Shown here: one piece after another, positions 20,291 through 32,241 of the stretch
Layout: each line of letters begins with the position of its first letter
How positions within the stretch are numbered: position 1 is the stretch's first letter
Source: Nostoc sp. DedSLP01
GTDB taxonomy: Bacteria > Cyanobacteriota > Cyanobacteriia > Cyanobacteriales > Nostocaceae
Direction: 5' to 3'
Assembly: GCA_034530875.2 (NCBI GenBank)
Contig: JAVRCJ020000008.1
Coordinates: forward strand, 160,001-224,000
Length of the DNA: 64,000 bases
Notes under the pieces: model-generated
What the model saw: the letters and a program-made list of their open reading frames with translations, nothing else
What the model was told of the DNA's origin: nothing
Database searches by the model: none
Program-made: the position numbers and the translations under genes

Positions 20291-20803
20291 ATGCAAATTA
20301 TCTATTGGCTATTAATTGCCGTAATGATTGTAGGCATTATCGGCGCTGTAGTTCCTGCAATTCCAGGCGCTAGCTTAATTTTAATTGCAATTATCATTTG
20401 GGGAATCGTTAGCAGTTCCTTTGCAGCTATCAAGATTCCATTAATTACGACAATTGTTGTTTTGTTACTCAGTGTCGGAGTCGATTTTTTAGCTAGTTAT
20501 GTGGGAGCAAGGCAAGCGGGAGCTAGCAAGTGGGGCCAAATTGGCGCAGTAGTGGGCTTAGTGGTGGGATTTTTAGGATTATTGCCAGCTTTGCCTTTTG
20601 GAGGCCCACTGTTAGGGATTCTACTAGGGCCGTTACTGGGAGCAATTATTGGTGAGTATCTTTACCGACGTGAATTAGGATTAGCAGTAAAGGCGGGTAT
20701 CGGAATTGTGGTAGGTACGCTGGTTGGGAATTTGATTCAAGGCTTGTTGGCGATCGCAGCAGTTACAGTGTTTATTCTGGTAACCTGGCCTCAGGTGTAT
20801 TAG
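20291..20803 (+). CDS. DUF456 family membrane protein
   Basis: VPAIPG, GASKWG and GPLLGAIIGE motifs; very hydrophobic. Confidence 0.85.
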   Translation: MQIIYWLLIAVMIVGIIGAVVPAIPGASLILIAIIIWGIVSSSFAAIKIPLITTIVVLLLSVGVDFLASYVGARQAGASKWGQIGAVVGLVVGFLGLLPALPFGGPLLGILLGPLLGAIIGEYLYRRELGLAVKAGIGIVVGTLVGNLIQGLLAIAAVTVFILVTWPQVY

Positions 20804-21387
20804 TACCTAGTCTGGAAAAGACACAGCACTACAGAGACACTTAACTAAATACTTAATTTACTTACACAAACACAGCGGTTCTTCCCATTTCTTGTAGATA
20901 TGAGAGGAACCGCTACTTATTCTTTAACCAAGAAGTATTGCCCTTGCTCTGCGATGATACTCCAAGAACCTTGTCGGCAGTCTTGCATAACTAAGATTTA
21001 GTAACAAAAGATATTGTAGATACGCTGCATACTACACTTTTCTAAAATACATCTGAGTATTACATAAGTATAAAAATAATGAAATATTTTTGAGTACTGA
21101 AGAGATTTTTCCTAAATTAAGAGCTATTGTTAGCAACAAAATGCCTGTGTAGTAATATTTATGCGAAGCAAAGATATACAAGAAATTAAAAGTTCATAAA
21201 GCATACTAGTGAATTAAAGATGTAATGAAGACCACTCAGTAAATATTGCAGGCTCCGAATCTATGTGTTTTTATGTAGATATGAAATAAATCACACAACT
21301 TTCGCTTTCACTGACAGTATTTTCAACCAATTATTGATACCTAAGTAAAGCAAATACTCTCATTAAAACTGTTACTAGGAGCCTCAA

Positions 21388-22062
21388 ATGACAATTACAC
21401 GTACCTTTAAATCTACATTACTAAATGCAACTCTAGCTGTTACTGCTGCAATTCCCTTAGCTACTGCTGGATTATTTACCTCTGCTGGTTCTGCTCAAGC
21501 TGCTGCACTAAATGGTAGTTTTAATTTCACTGGCGCTGGATTTCCTGCTACTACAGTTACAGTTTCAAATACATCCTTACAATTTAGCCCTAGTCCTGGT
21601 TTAGCTTCACTATCATTACAGAGTGGAAGTTTTACAGCATTCAATGCAGCTAGCATATTCAATGTTACTACTAGCCCTTTAACACCTGGTTCTCTGTTTA
21701 TTGACTTAGGTGTATTTGCAACCCCTGGTACTTTGACAGATGGAGCAAATACATTTAGTTTGACATCTTTCGATACCCCAACATTCAAATCCCAGAACGG
21801 AGGAACAGATATAAATATCAATTACCTTGGATTCTTTGATGATGGACTTGGTAACAAAACTAGTGCAAAGGGATACATTACTTTTGCTACTCAAGACGCG
21901 AATGCAGAAACAACTTACAAAAATGGTGGAAAATTTAATGCAACTTTCACAGGTCTTGCGGTAGCTTCAGTTCCCGAACCAGCTACATTACTAGGCTTGG
22001 GTGCTGTAGGTGGAGTAATGGCTGTGTCTCGCCGTCGCAATCGCAAAAGTTTTGCTCAATAG
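21388..22062 (+). CDS. PEP-CTERM sorting-domain surface protein
   Basis: Signal peptide ending AQAA; Ser/Thr/Gly-rich body; VPEP-TM-RRRNRK C-terminus; AGGAG RBS. Confidence 0.9.
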   Translation: MTITRTFKSTLLNATLAVTAAIPLATAGLFTSAGSAQAAALNGSFNFTGAGFPATTVTVSNTSLQFSPSPGLASLSLQSGSFTAFNAASIFNVTTSPLTPGSLFIDLGVFATPGTLTDGANTFSLTSFDTPTFKSQNGGTDININYLGFFDDGLGNKTSAKGYITFATQDANAETTYKNGGKFNATFTGLAVASVPEPATLLGLGAVGGVMAVSRRRNRKSFAQ

Positions 22063-22083
22063 ACCTATCCTCTAATATAAAAA

Positions 22084-22110
22084 AGTTACTTTTAGTTGCT
22101 AAAAGTAACT
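22084..22110. terminator. Palindromic hairpin between convergent genes
   Basis: AGTTACTTTTAG-TTG-CTAAAAGTAACT. Confidence 0.55.
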
Positions 22111-22223
22111 GTAATTCCTCAATTCTATCTGGCTGGAATGCAAAATTTTACCAACCAGGTCGAATTTTTTTTTGGATGTTAGATAAATCTATTTCAGGTG
22201 AATTTTCTTAAACTGAAATAGAC

Positions 22224-22889
22224 TCAAGCTAACTGCAAAGATTGTTTTGCTTCATTAGCGATCGCTTCTACACGATCGTTAACCAGAGTTTGTAATATAG
22301 ATTTGGCTTCTGGAGTATCAAAATGACCCAAAGCTTGTACCAGTCTGTAACGGATTTGCCAATCTGGGTTAGTAGCAAATGGAGCTAAAAGAGGAACTGC
22401 TTCTACATTTCCTAACTCACCCAAAGAACTAATAGCCACAGTTTGAATTAATTCATTATCTGAAGAGAGTGCTTCTTTAAGTAGTTCAAAAGACCGCGGA
22501 TCCCCTAGCTCACCCATCGTCGCAATGATACTAAATTGTACTAGCCATTCACTCGTTGTATGATACAGTTTCTGTAAATCTTCAAAAGCATCATGTAACT
22601 TGAGAGCGCCCAGACAATCTGCTGCTGCTGCTTGTATGTCTATTTCTGGGTCGTTGAGCAAGCGATCGCGTAAGATTTCCAACGATACCTCTAAATCCTG
22701 CGTTCCCAGTGTATCCATTTGGCTCACTGCTGAATACCTAACGCGGGCGTTGCGATCGGCAATGGCAGTTTGCAGCAACTCAAAGCCAATCCCTGGTTCT
22801 AGTTGACGGATTTGATTTACTGCACGCAAGCGATCGCCTACATCCTCAGAACCAAGCAATTGCTGAACAGACTCTGGAGTAATACTCAT
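22224..22889 (-). CDS. nblB: Phycobilisome degradation protein NblB (PBS lyase HEAT repeats)
   Basis: MSITPESVQQLL..GDRLRAVNQ, RVRYSAVSQ and EWLVQFSIIA motifs; HEAT repeats. Confidence 0.8.
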   Translation of the reverse strand: MSITPESVQQLLGSEDVGDRLRAVNQIRQLEPGIGFELLQTAIADRNARVRYSAVSQMDTLGTQDLEVSLEILRDRLLNDPEIDIQAAAADCLGALKLHDAFEDLQKLYHTTSEWLVQFSIIATMGELGDPRSFELLKEALSSDNELIQTVAISSLGELGNVEAVPLLAPFATNPDWQIRYRLVQALGHFDTPEAKSILQTLVNDRVEAIANEAKQSLQLA

Positions 22890-23131
22890 TTAATTATCCT
22901 TGATTTTCAAACGTATAAAAAACAGCCAAAAGGCAACAGTCAAGTCTTAAAAAACTCTTGACTCGCAATTTTAGATTTTAAATTTTTTTGGGATCGCTAT
23001 TTTTAAGTAAACTAAATCCTTCACCACTTACAGACGAAACAAATCCAGAATCCTGCGCAGATGAGCACTCTCGGAGTCTGTTTCAATCCAAAATCTCAAA
23101 TCCAAAATTATTTGACTATTGCCCAATGTGA

Positions 23132-23593
23132 TTAATCTTGAGCTGCCATTGCGCGGATAATATCACCACGAGTAAGAATACCAATTACTTGACCCGTGCC
23201 ATCAAGTACTGGCAAGCGGTGAACGCTGCGATCGTGCATGACTGTAGCAGCTTCCTTTAAAGTTTTTTCAGGAGAAATAGTAATGGGGTTTTTACTCATC
23301 ACTTCCCCAACAGTTTGCCCTAATGCTTTATGCAAGTCACGATCGTAAGTGGCAGGGTTTTTCAAATAGATAACGCTATCAAGAAACATGATGTATGCAG
23401 GTGGAGTCACACCAGTTTCTTGCCACATCAAATCGGTTTCTGAGATAATGCCCATCAATTTACCGCCATCATCCACAACAGGTAGTCCACTAATGTGGCG
23501 TTCTGCGAGAATTTGGATAGCTTCCTTGAGTGGAGTTTCTGCCCGAACCACAATCGGATCGCGGCTCATCACGTCGGCAACGGTTTTAGGCAT
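23132..23593 (-). CDS. CBS-pair domain protein
   Basis: ISGLPVVD..GIISETD and HRLPVLD..GILTRGD motifs; probable start MPKTVADVM. Confidence 0.9.
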   Translation of the reverse strand: MPKTVADVMSRDPIVVRAETPLKEAIQILAERHISGLPVVDDGGKLMGIISETDLMWQETGVTPPAYIMFLDSVIYLKNPATYDRDLHKALGQTVGEVMSKNPITISPEKTLKEAATVMHDRSVHRLPVLDGTGQVIGILTRGDIIRAMAAQD

Positions 23594-23808
23594 TTGTTTA
23601 CTGACACCATTTATCAAAGTCCCTCCGATTATTGTAGAAAATTGCGGGACTCAACCTCATGCAATTAATAGATTGTTACGGGATTGGATATGGGAGGAGA
23701 GGGAGGTGTGGGAGGTGTGGGAGGTGTGGGAAGAAATCTTTCCCCCCTCTCCCGCCACACTCCCCACACTTCCCCATCTCCTCATCTCCCCTCTCCCCCC
23801 ACACTTCC

Positions 23809-24249
23809 CTATCTCCCCATCTCCCCACCTCCCCATTCCCCATTCTCCTTGAGGGCAGCAATAATTTGAACATTTGCTTTCGGAAAAGTAAACTGTTCGA
23901 GTTCTTCCAAATTTACCCAGCGAATTTCGTCGCATTCTAAAGGCTGGGGTACGCCTGTAACATGGCGGCAATGATGTACTGTCAGTGTAACCCGCAAGTC
24001 TGTATAAGTATGGTCAATAGTAATTAGATGCTCTCCGACTTCAATGGCTATTCCCAGTTCTTCATAAATTTCCCGTTGAATACACTCTTGGACGGTTTCA
24101 CCAGGCTCAATTTTGCCACCAGGAAATTCCCACAAACCGCCCATCACTCCTTCTGGACGACGGCGGTCAATTAAGATTTGCTTTTGTTTGTTCCAAATGA
24201 CGGCAACACCAATGATTTTATGGGGTGGGGAAGAAGTGGTTTGGCTCAT
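23809..24249 (-). CDS. mutT: 8-oxo-dGTP diphosphatase MutT
   Basis: WEFPGGKIEPGETVQECIQREIYEELG Nudix box; FPKAN motif. Confidence 0.88.
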   Translation of the reverse strand: MSQTTSSPPHKIIGVAVIWNKQKQILIDRRRPEGVMGGLWEFPGGKIEPGETVQECIQREIYEELGIAIEVGEHLITIDHTYTDLRVTLTVHHCRHVTGVPQPLECDEIRWVNLEELEQFTFPKANVQIIAALKENGEWGGGEMGR

Positions 24250-24410
24250 GGTTTATAAAAATGGGGAGATGGGGAAGTGTGGGGAGTGTGGGGGGAGAGG
24301 GGGGAAAGATTTCTTCCCCATCTTCCCACACCTCCCACACCTCCCTCTCCTCCCACACCTCCCTCTCCTCCCACACCTCCCACACTCCCCCGCTTGCCCC
24401 ATACTTTATA

Positions 24411-24448
24411 ACAAAACTCGGCAGAGTGGTTTTAATCTTGCCGAGTTT
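24411..24448 (-). terminator. Intrinsic terminator-like hairpin
   Basis: Minus strand reads AAACTCGGCA-loop-TGCCGAGTTT-TGTT. Confidence 0.6.
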
Positions 24449-24869
24449 GGATTGATTGCGAGTATTGCCAATCGCTATTTGTTTATCCACACCTTTTTTA
24501 TTCGTTCAAAAATACACCTCTGGTTCATTAATTCCCAAATTACATAGATTTAGAGAAAAACAAATTCAAAAATTCTGCGTTACTCTGCACCTTTTGGGTC
24601 TCAATTTCAATCCAATTGTGCTGATATTTTGGATATTGTGAAATATTTATCGGATATGCGATCGCTTATTTGCGATCGGGATTTTCCAGATGGCTATTTT
24701 CATTACTCTAGCCATAACTGTGAGTAACTTCAGTTCAACGATATTGAAATTGAATTTGCTAAATTTTACAGCGAATTTCAAGTCAGCTAAACTACACAAT
24801 TCTTGGTATCAAACCCTGGCTTAAGCGTAATCGCGTAGCCCATTGTGAATTCTACTGTAATATTTATTT

Positions 24870-25214
24870 TTAGTCAATTTCGGTATTATTGCTTTCAGTT
24901 CCTTGTAACGCCATTTCAAAACTCATTCTCTGTTCTGCGTTACGCAAGAAATAGCCACTAATCATAGCAGAGGCCAAAAGCCGACCTAGACTTTCTCTAC
25001 TTGTGGTTATAGCAACCCCAAAGTGTTCTGAAGGCAAGTTTCCTAACAATCCCGTAATATTACGTTCCATCACCTGAAACACTTCGGGAGAAGTAGGTTT
25101 AGATAGTTGGGTAACTGTTTCAGGACTCAATGATTTAACATATTGCCATAGCAAATCGGTAGTTTCTGATTCGCTATCGAAAAATTCTGAGACACGGTTT
25201 GATGGGTTAGTCAT
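24870..25214 (-). CDS. DUF760 domain protein
   Basis: LWQYVKSLSPE, GLLGNLPSEHF and LASAMISGYFLRNAEQR motifs; AAGGAG RBS. Confidence 0.88.
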   Translation of the reverse strand: MTNPSNRVSEFFDSESETTDLLWQYVKSLSPETVTQLSKPTSPEVFQVMERNITGLLGNLPSEHFGVAITTSRESLGRLLASAMISGYFLRNAEQRMSFEMALQGTESNNTEID

Positions 25215-25476
25215 TTTATATCTCCTTAACTACCATTCCTTCATACGGTGTTTGTGATTTGGAGACTAAATGCCTTTATTCGGTTTGATTTTGCTTGGCT
25301 ATTTGGTCTACCTGTTAAATAATGTAACAGGTTAGCTCGCTGCTGAAAGTGGGCGTAACCGTACCAAAAGCAGGGTATTTTCTCACCAATTAATCAGTAG
25401 TCATTAGCGAGGCGCTGTAGAACATTCACCATTGGTTTTCACGAATGACTAATGACTAATGACTAATGACTAATGA

Positions 25477-26475
25477 CTAACTTGCCAAATATTCATCCAT
25501 ATTGGCTTTAGATTTGCGAAGTTTGGTTAAAGCTTCTCTCTCGATTTGCCGGACTCGTTCTCGACTAATGTTGAGGATTTCACCAATTCTTGCAAGAGTT
25601 AGCGCTTGCCCGTCAGTTAAGCCAAAGCGCAACATAATTACTTCCCTCTGCTGTGCCGTGAGGTCACCCATCAGGCGCTCTAGGTCATAAGATAAGGAAG
25701 ATTGCATCACAAACTCTTCTGGAGAAGCTCCTGGATCTTCGAGCATTTCTCCTAGTTCGGTGTCGTAGTTATCACCTAAACGCAAATCTAAGGAAAGTGG
25801 CAAACGCGCCTTTTCTAGATATTCTCGCACTTGCTTAGGCGTCAATTCTAATTCTTGAGCCAGCTCGCCAGCTGTGGGAGCGCGTCCCAATTTTTGAGAC
25901 AATTGCCGCTGTGCTTTTTTAATTTTATTCAGCTTTTCGGTTATGTGGATAGGTAACCGAATAGTGCGGGCTTTTTCAGCAATAGCACGAGTAATAGCTT
26001 GGCGAATCCACCAATAGGCATAGGTAGAAAATCTATACCCTTTTGTGGGGTCAAACTTTTCTACGCCGCGTTGCATTCCGATACTACCTTCTTGGATCAA
26101 GTCGAGTAAATCGACGTTGCGCTTGATGTACTTTTTGGCAACGGAGACCACTAGCCGCAAATTGGCTTCTACCATCTTGCGCTTGGCAAATTCGCCATCA
26201 GCGATCGCTTCATTCAACTCTGCTGGATCTAACTTTGCCGCCATAGCCCACTCTTCTAGAGTTGGTTGACGACCTAATTGGGTGGCAAGACTTTCCCGGG
26301 ATTCGTGCAAAGCCGTTGAACGTTGCACCTGCTTACCATAGAAAATCTCTTCCTCGTGGGTTAAGAGTGGCACGCGGCCAATCTCACGCAGGTAAGTCCG
26401 CACGAGGTCTGTGGCTGTCTGAGCGGTCTTCATGGCGCTACTCTTTGGTAATGATGGGTTTGATGGTAGGGTCAT
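25477..26475 (-). CDS. sigD: Group 2 RNA polymerase sigma factor, SigD-like
   Basis: [45 protein letters not shown] and SRERVRQIE motifs; no region 1.1; paralog name inferred from its position next to carB; alternative start 26433. Confidence 0.8.
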   Translation of the reverse strand: MTLPSNPSLPKSSAMKTAQTATDLVRTYLREIGRVPLLTHEEEIFYGKQVQRSTALHESRESLATQLGRQPTLEEWAMAAKLDPAELNEAIADGEFAKRKMVEANLRLVVSVAKKYIKRNVDLLDLIQEGSIGMQRGVEKFDPTKGYRFSTYAYWWIRQAITRAIAEKARTIRLPIHITEKLNKIKKAQRQLSQKLGRAPTAGELAQELELTPKQVREYLEKARLPLSLDLRLGDNYDTELGEMLEDPGASPEEFVMQSSLSYDLERLMGDLTAQQREVIMLRFGLTDGQALTLARIGEILNISRERVRQIEREALTKLRKSKANMDEYLAS

Positions 26476-26984
26476 TCAGGGATAGATGCTCTGGAATGGG
26501 TGCTACCCAGTCTGCCTGGGAACCCATACTATGGTTTGCAACTTACGCGCCCGATAAATTCGGCTGCTCATAAATAATCAAAATTGAGCTTCTTAACTGC
26601 TAAAAATTACAGTTATTTCTTAAGTTCCACAAGTATCTACGGTTAGATAAAAGGTAGTTTCTTAAACATTCTTGTATTAGATTATTATTAACAATTGTAA
26701 CCTTTATGAGAAGGTTTTGGCTATATACTCTGGATAAATTTCTTAATTTTTCCAGTTGGCAAAATAGTATTTTTCCTTCCAAGCCAGCCTAAAAGACGAT
26801 TTCACAACCGATCCGGCTTAAAGAAACTTCCTCATATTTGTTAAAATATCTCAATGAGAACTATAGTCATTCTCTTCTAACAATTGTTTAATTTTTGGGA
26901 ATGGGGAATGGGGAGTAGGGCATGGGGAAGAAATCTTTCCCCCCACACTCCCCACACTTCCCCATCTCCCTATCTCCCCACTCC

Positions 26985-29900
26985 CTACTTCCTCACAAAC
27001 TTGCAGTAATCCTGGATGACTTTTACATCCAAGGTCGTGTTTTGTAAGGAACGGATGGCGGCGACGGTAGCTTTTGCACCTGCGATGGTAGTGATAATGG
27101 GAATTTTGTAAGCCAAGGCTGTACGACGGATTAACCTCGCATCGGTGTGGGCTTCTTCTCCTGAAGGCGTGTTGATAATCAGTTGGATTTTTTGGTTTTT
27201 GATGGCATCGAGGACGTTGGGTCGCCCTTCATGGAGCTTAAGTACTAATTCAACATTTAAGCCCTGTTCGAGAAGAACCCGGCGCGTACCAAGTGTAGCC
27301 ATCACGTTAAAGCCCAAATCGATAAATTCTTTCACCACAACTGCGGCAGCGGCTTTATCGCGATCGCTCATTGATACAAACACGGTTCCGCTTAACGGTA
27401 AACGCTCTCCAGCACCAATTTCAGCTTTGGCGAAGGCTCGTCCAAAGTCGGTATCAATCCCCATCACCTCACCGGTGGAGCGCATTTCCGGGCCTAATAT
27501 TGTATCAGTTCCGGGGAATTTATTAAAGGGCAATACAGCTTCCTTAACAGCTATGTGGGTCGGGATGATTTCCTCGGTGAAGTTTAGTTCCTCTAAGGTT
27601 TTCCCTGACATGATTAAGGACGCTAGTTTGGCTAACTGGACGCCCGTTGCTTTAGAAACAAATGGCACTGTACGGGAGGCGCGGGGGTTGGCTTCCAAAA
27701 TATAAACTTGGGGAGAATAGCCGCTTGCACCAACAACGGCAAACTGAATATTCATCAATCCCACCACTGACAACGCCTGGGCTAGTTGCACTGTCCATGT
27801 CCGAATTTGATTTAGAACTGCTGGTGGTAAGGAAATCGAAGGTAAAGCACAAGCAGAATCTCCTGAGTGAATTCCAGCCTGTTCTATGTGTTCCATGATA
27901 CCGCCAATGACAACCCGCCCTGTGTGGTCGGCGATCGCATCAACATCGACTTCAATGGCATTTTCTAAAAACTTATCAATTAAAATTGGATGATCTGGTT
28001 CTACCTGCACCGCAAAGGTCATGTAGCGTTCCAACTCGGCATCGGAATAGACGATTTCCATTGCCCGTCCCCCCAACACATAGCTAGGACGCACCACCAC
28101 CGGATAGCCAATGCGTTTGGCGACAATCAGCGCATCTTCAAAACTCCGAGCAATACCATTAGGTGGTTGAGCAATATTTAACTCTTTGAGAATCTTCTCA
28201 AATCGTTCTCGGTTTTCTGCCATGTCGATGGAATCTGGCGATGTACCCCAAATCTGAGGGAGTGGGGAGTGGAGAGTGGGGAGTGGGGTAGATTTATTCC
28301 CTAATCCCTGCAAATACTCTTGGAGAGGAACAGCTAATTTCAGCGGTGTTTGTCCGCCAAATTGGACTATTATGCCTACAGGATTTTCAGCTTCGATGAT
28401 ATTCAGGACATCTTCTTTTGTTAACGGCTCGAAGTAAAGGCGATCGCTGGTATCATAATCTGTGGAAACTGTCTCTGGGTTGGAGTTGACCATAATTGTC
28501 TCGTACCCTGCTGCTTTCAAAGCATAAGCGGCGTGACAACAACAATAGTCAAACTCAATTCCCTGGCCGATGCGGTTCGGCCCGCCACCCAAAATCAAGA
28601 CTTTGGGCTTGGTTGCTGGTAAAACCTCTGTTTCTTCTTCGTAGGTAGAATAGTAGTAAGGAGTAAACGCTTCAAACTCCGCTGCACAGGTATCTACAGT
28701 TTTGTAAACTGCGATGACTCCTAGTTGTTGGCGATAGGTGCGGACTTCATCTTCGGTGGTTTTGGTAGCATAAGCAATCTGGCGATCGCTAAATCCATTC
28801 CGCTTCACTTCATAAAGTTGCTCTTTTGTCAATTCATTTAAGGATGTGCGTTTGAGGAATTTCTCGATATCTAGAATTTGCTGCATCTTATCCAAGAACC
28901 ACGGGTCAATACCAGTGAGTTCGTAGATTTCCTCAGCAGTAATGCCTAACTGTAGGGCATGACGCACGGCAAAAATGCGATCGGGGTTTGGCGTCCGCAG
29001 CAGGGCGCGAATTTGTTCGCCACTGGGTAATTTTTCGGCTTTGTCGCAACCCCAGCCAGCCCGTCCGGTTTCCAAAGAACGCAGTGCCTTTTGGAAGGAT
29101 TCGTTGAAAGTCCGCCCAATTGCCATTGCTTCGCCGACTGATTTCATTTGCGTTGTCAGCACTGGTTCGGAACCAGGGAACTTTTCAAAAGCGAAGCGGG
29201 GGATTTTTGTAACTACGTAGTCAATTGTTGGTTCAAAGGACGCCGGAGTTTTCTTGGTGATGTCATTTTTAATTTCATCCAAGGTGTAGCCTACGGCTAA
29301 CTTGGCTGCCATTTTAGCGATGGGGAAACCCGTAGCTTTAGAAGCTAAAGCCGAACTGCGGGAAACGCGGGGGTTCATTTCAATCACCACCACATCTCCA
29401 GTGACGGGATTAACGGCAAATTGAATATTAGAACCGCCAGTTTCCACGCCTATCTCGCGGATGATTTTAATTGCCATATCCCGCAGCCTTTGATATTCTT
29501 TATCAGTGAGGGTTTGCGCGGGAGCGACGGTAATCGAATCCCCGGTGTGAATGCCCATAGGGTCAAGGTTTTCGATGGAGCAGATAATCACCACGTTATC
29601 TGCAAGGTCACGCATCACTTCTAGTTCGTATTCTTTCCAGCCGAGTAAAGACTGGTCAATGAGAATTTGGGAGACAGGGCTAGCATCTATACCGACCTGT
29701 GCCATTTCTTCAAATTCTTCTTGGTTGTAGGCAATACCGCCGCCACTTCCGCCCATTGTAAAGGCAGGACGAATAATTAAGGGATAAGTACCAATTTGAC
29801 GAGCGATCGCTTTTGCTTCGTCTAAGGACTCGGCTGTGCCGCTGGGACATACAGCTACCCCGATTTTGGCCATTGCATCGCCAAAAAGTTTTCTGTCTTC

Positions 29901-30278
29901 GGCTTTTTCAATGGCTGGCAGTTTAGCGCCGATTAACTCAACGCCGTATTTTTCCAACGCGCCATTTTTGGCTAAAGCAACAGCGATATTCAGGGCAGTT
30001 TGTCCTCCCATCGTTGGGAGTAGTGCATCAGGGCGTTCTTTGGCGATTACTTTTTCGACCAATTCCGGAGTCAGCGGCTCAATGTAAGTGCGATCGGCCG
30101 TTTCCGGGTCGGTCATAATCGTTGCAGGGTTAGAGTTGACCAACACGACTTCATAGCCTTCTTCTCGCAGCGCTTTGCAGGCTTGAGTGCCAGAGTAGTC
30201 AAACTCACAGGCTTGTCCAATCACAATTGGGCCAGAACCTAACAGTAGAATCTTCCGGAGGTCATCACGGCGGGGCAT
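26985..30278 (-). CDS. carB: Carbamoyl-phosphate synthase large subunit
   Basis: [35 protein letters not shown] and [13 protein letters not shown] motifs; MGS domain. Confidence 0.98.
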   Translation of the reverse strand: MPRRDDLRKILLLGSGPIVIGQACEFDYSGTQACKALREEGYEVVLVNSNPATIMTDPETADRTYIEPLTPELVEKVIAKERPDALLPTMGGQTALNIAVALAKNGALEKYGVELIGAKLPAIEKAEDRKLFGDAMAKIGVAVCPSGTAESLDEAKAIARQIGTYPLIIRPAFTMGGSGGGIAYNQEEFEEMAQVGIDASPVSQILIDQSLLGWKEYELEVMRDLADNVVIICSIENLDPMGIHTGDSITVAPAQTLTDKEYQRLRDMAIKIIREIGVETGGSNIQFAVNPVTGDVVVIEMNPRVSRSSALASKATGFPIAKMAAKLAVGYTLDEIKNDITKKTPASFEPTIDYVVTKIPRFAFEKFPGSEPVLTTQMKSVGEAMAIGRTFNESFQKALRSLETGRAGWGCDKAEKLPSGEQIRALLRTPNPDRIFAVRHALQLGITAEEIYELTGIDPWFLDKMQQILDIEKFLKRTSLNELTKEQLYEVKRNGFSDRQIAYATKTTEDEVRTYRQQLGVIAVYKTVDTCAAEFEAFTPYYYSTYEEETEVLPATKPKVLILGGGPNRIGQGIEFDYCCCHAAYALKAAGYETIMVNSNPETVSTDYDTSDRLYFEPLTKEDVLNIIEAENPVGIIVQFGGQTPLKLAVPLQEYLQGLGNKSTPLPTLHSPLPQIWGTSPDSIDMAENRERFEKILKELNIAQPPNGIARSFEDALIVAKRIGYPVVVRPSYVLGGRAMEIVYSDAELERYMTFAVQVEPDHPILIDKFLENAIEVDVDAIADHTGRVVIGGIMEHIEQAGIHSGDSACALPSISLPPAVLNQIRTWTVQLAQALSVVGLMNIQFAVVGASGYSPQVYILEANPRASRTVPFVSKATGVQLAKLASLIMSGKTLEELNFTEEIIPTHIAVKEAVLPFNKFPGTDTILGPEMRSTGEVMGIDTDFGRAFAKAEIGAGERLPLSGTVFVSMSDRDKAAAAVVVKEFIDLGFNVMATLGTRRVLLEQGLNVELVLKLHEGRPNVLDAIKNQKIQLIINTPSGEEAHTDARLIRRTALAYKIPIITTIAGAKATVAAIRSLQNTTLDVKVIQDYCKFVRK

Positions 30279-30793
30279 AGTAGTTGCCTTGGAGTACGAG
30301 AATACAAATCCTGATTATTTTAAGGGTGTTTACCCGCGATCGTGCTTTTTATTATTAAGTTTTCTTACTTGATGGGGACTGGGGACTGGGGACTGGTGAT
30401 TAGGGGCTGGGAAAACCTTTGCAAATAATCAATTCCCAATCCCTAGCTGTACGCCAAGGGAACGAGAGCAAAATTAACGTTAAAGGTAAAGGGGAAAAGG
30501 TTTTGTCCCTCCCCCTCCAACCTTCACCCTTTTCCCAGTCACCAGTCCCCAGTCCCTAATCACTATTTTCTATTTCTAATTTTATTGAATTGTAGTGTTA
30601 AATTTTTTCTAGTTCTTGCGAAGATTTTTTATTTAATTTGATGAAAATTTTCAACAAACGCTGACTTATTGTGATAGATACATACGTATTTATTCATAAC
30701 TAAATAGCTTATAATGAGAAAGATATATGTTGGCTAACTAATTGCTAAATATTTTCAATGTTAAAATTAATGTAAATATGTTGACTTAAATTA

Positions 30794-30836
30794 AAAATGG
30801 CAGAGAGATAGGGGTACTACTTTCTGCCATTTTTTT
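30794..30836. terminator. Hairpin downstream of dps
   Basis: AAAAATGGCAGAGAG...CTTTCTGCCATTTTT. Confidence 0.6.
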
Positions 30837-30908
30837 ATAATATTTTAAGAGTTAATCCTGCTGACTTTTTCTTTCACTCTAGGTAGGAAAATCTAGATTA
30901 TGAGAGTT

Positions 30909-31463
30909 TTAGCTTTGAGCAGCTTGAACAAAGCCTAAGGTTAAGCTGTCTTTTGCGAGGAAGTGGGATAAATGATAAGTACGTTCCTCAGTTTTTAACA
31001 AAATCTTTTCGTAGAGATAGCGTGTTGCCCGATCCCCTAAACTCTCTGCCTGAGCAGCTTGGCGGCGAATTACACCAATGATTGCTTGTTCGGCAGCTAG
31101 GTCATTTTGTACCATTTGGCGAGCAGAATATACGCCGTCAGATTCTTGTTCAAAACAAGTTAGTTCTGCTAGTTTGCTAAAGGTCGCAACTGGCACACCA
31201 CCAAGTCCATCCAAGCGTTCTCCAATTTCATGGATGTGGTCTTGTACTTCTTGGTAGCTTTCGTTAAAAAATTCATGCAGAGAGTAAAATTCTGCACCTT
31301 CGACTACAAAATGATGCTTTTGGTATTGTAAGTAAAGTGCCTGGAAACTAGCTAAGACAACGTTAAATCCTTCTGTAACTGGGGCAGTTACGCTGCGATC
31401 TAACAGCACAGGATTGTCATATACATGACCAAAGTTTCGTAGCAAAGTTTGTGTTTCAGACAT
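30909..31463 (-). CDS. dps: Dps-family DNA protection/ferritin-like protein
   Basis: [28 protein letters not shown] ferroxidase signature; AGGAG RBS. Confidence 0.9.
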   Translation of the reverse strand: MSETQTLLRNFGHVYDNPVLLDRSVTAPVTEGFNVVLASFQALYLQYQKHHFVVEGAEFYSLHEFFNESYQEVQDHIHEIGERLDGLGGVPVATFSKLAELTCFEQESDGVYSARQMVQNDLAAEQAIIGVIRRQAAQAESLGDRATRYLYEKILLKTEERTYHLSHFLAKDSLTLGFVQAAQS

Positions 31464-31666
31464 TGTTCTCCTCGCTCTTTAGCAGTTACAGTTTTTAGCT
31501 GCTTAGTCTTTATATACTAACATTTTCATAATAATGACAAGGCCAGTTTGGCATTACAAAAATTTTGAATTATTCGCTATAAAAACTTTCAAATATATTT
31601 GTTTGTTGAATGATGTTAAGGGATTGGGGCATGGGGCATGGGGATAAGGGAGAGAACAGGCAGAGT

Positions 31667-31732
31667 AAAAGGTTAAAGGGAAAAGGAATAAATTTAATCT
31701 TTCCCTTTCCCCCTTACCCCTTTCCCTTTCCC
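31667..31732 (+). repeat. Dispersed repeat with GGAATAAATTTAATCTTTCC core
   Basis: Near-identical second copy at about 56295-56356. Confidence 0.75.
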
Positions 31733-31780
31733 CATTCCAACACCCTATGCCCAACGCCCAGTAATTATTTTTTTTCAAAG

Positions 31781-31803
31781 TTAATGAGAATTGTTTGCAC
31801 TTA
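31781..31803. promoter_or_regulatory. Fur-box-like site between dps and the divergent operon
   Basis: TTAATGAGAATTGTTTGCACTTA; similar TAATGAGAA motifs near 30712 and 32923; neighbours are iron-related. Confidence 0.45.
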
Positions 31804-31891
31804 AGGTATGCTGGTTTTAAGAGGTTAAACTCCCATTAGTTTCAATAAGCCAGAAGTCATATCGCAGTACTTACTGCAACTTTGTTGCACT

Positions 31892-32164
31892 TTGAGGGCA
31901 ATTGTCTTGAAATCATCTAGTTCAGAAATAGAAAAAAAGCAGATTGTAGACGTCAATTGGGCAGACAGGTGGCAAGTCTATCAACGCTTAAAGGAGTTAG
32001 ATATTCCCTGTAGTTGTATGACTAATCAGCCGTTAGAAGTTGAAATTAGTTCTCCTAGTGCGGCTGTTCAGCTTTGGAGTGTGATACAGCGATTCACAGC
32101 CTCTCGTCAAGACCAGATTTGGACTCTCGATCGCTGCTGGAAAAGTCGTTACCAAAAGTTCTAA
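31892..32164 (+). CDS. Asr1405/Asl0597-family small protein
   Basis: DRWQVYQRLKELDIPCSC..AAVQLWSV motif. Confidence 0.75.
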   Translation: MRAIVLKSSSSEIEKKQIVDVNWADRWQVYQRLKELDIPCSCMTNQPLEVEISSPSAAVQLWSVIQRFTASRQDQIWTLDRCWKSRYQKF

Positions 32165-32241
32165 TCTACATTGCCAGCCTGAACCCTAGTGCTGAAAATA
32201 TGGCTGTAAGTAGCTTGTGTTAGTTAAAAGGAGGTTAAAAA

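Noticed and set aside
23657..24547. Short ORFs rich in EVWEVW, PHLP or GGVGG (also near 2847-3183, 6693-6983, 15673-15974, 46717-47016, 60490-60728, 61966-62242)
   Set aside because: They are translations of the G/C-rich intergenic repeats
27145..30087. Plus-strand ORFs inside carB, and similar antisense ORFs within radA, cphA, argH and the kinases
   Set aside because: Antisense shadows of well-supported genes with no recognisable motifs
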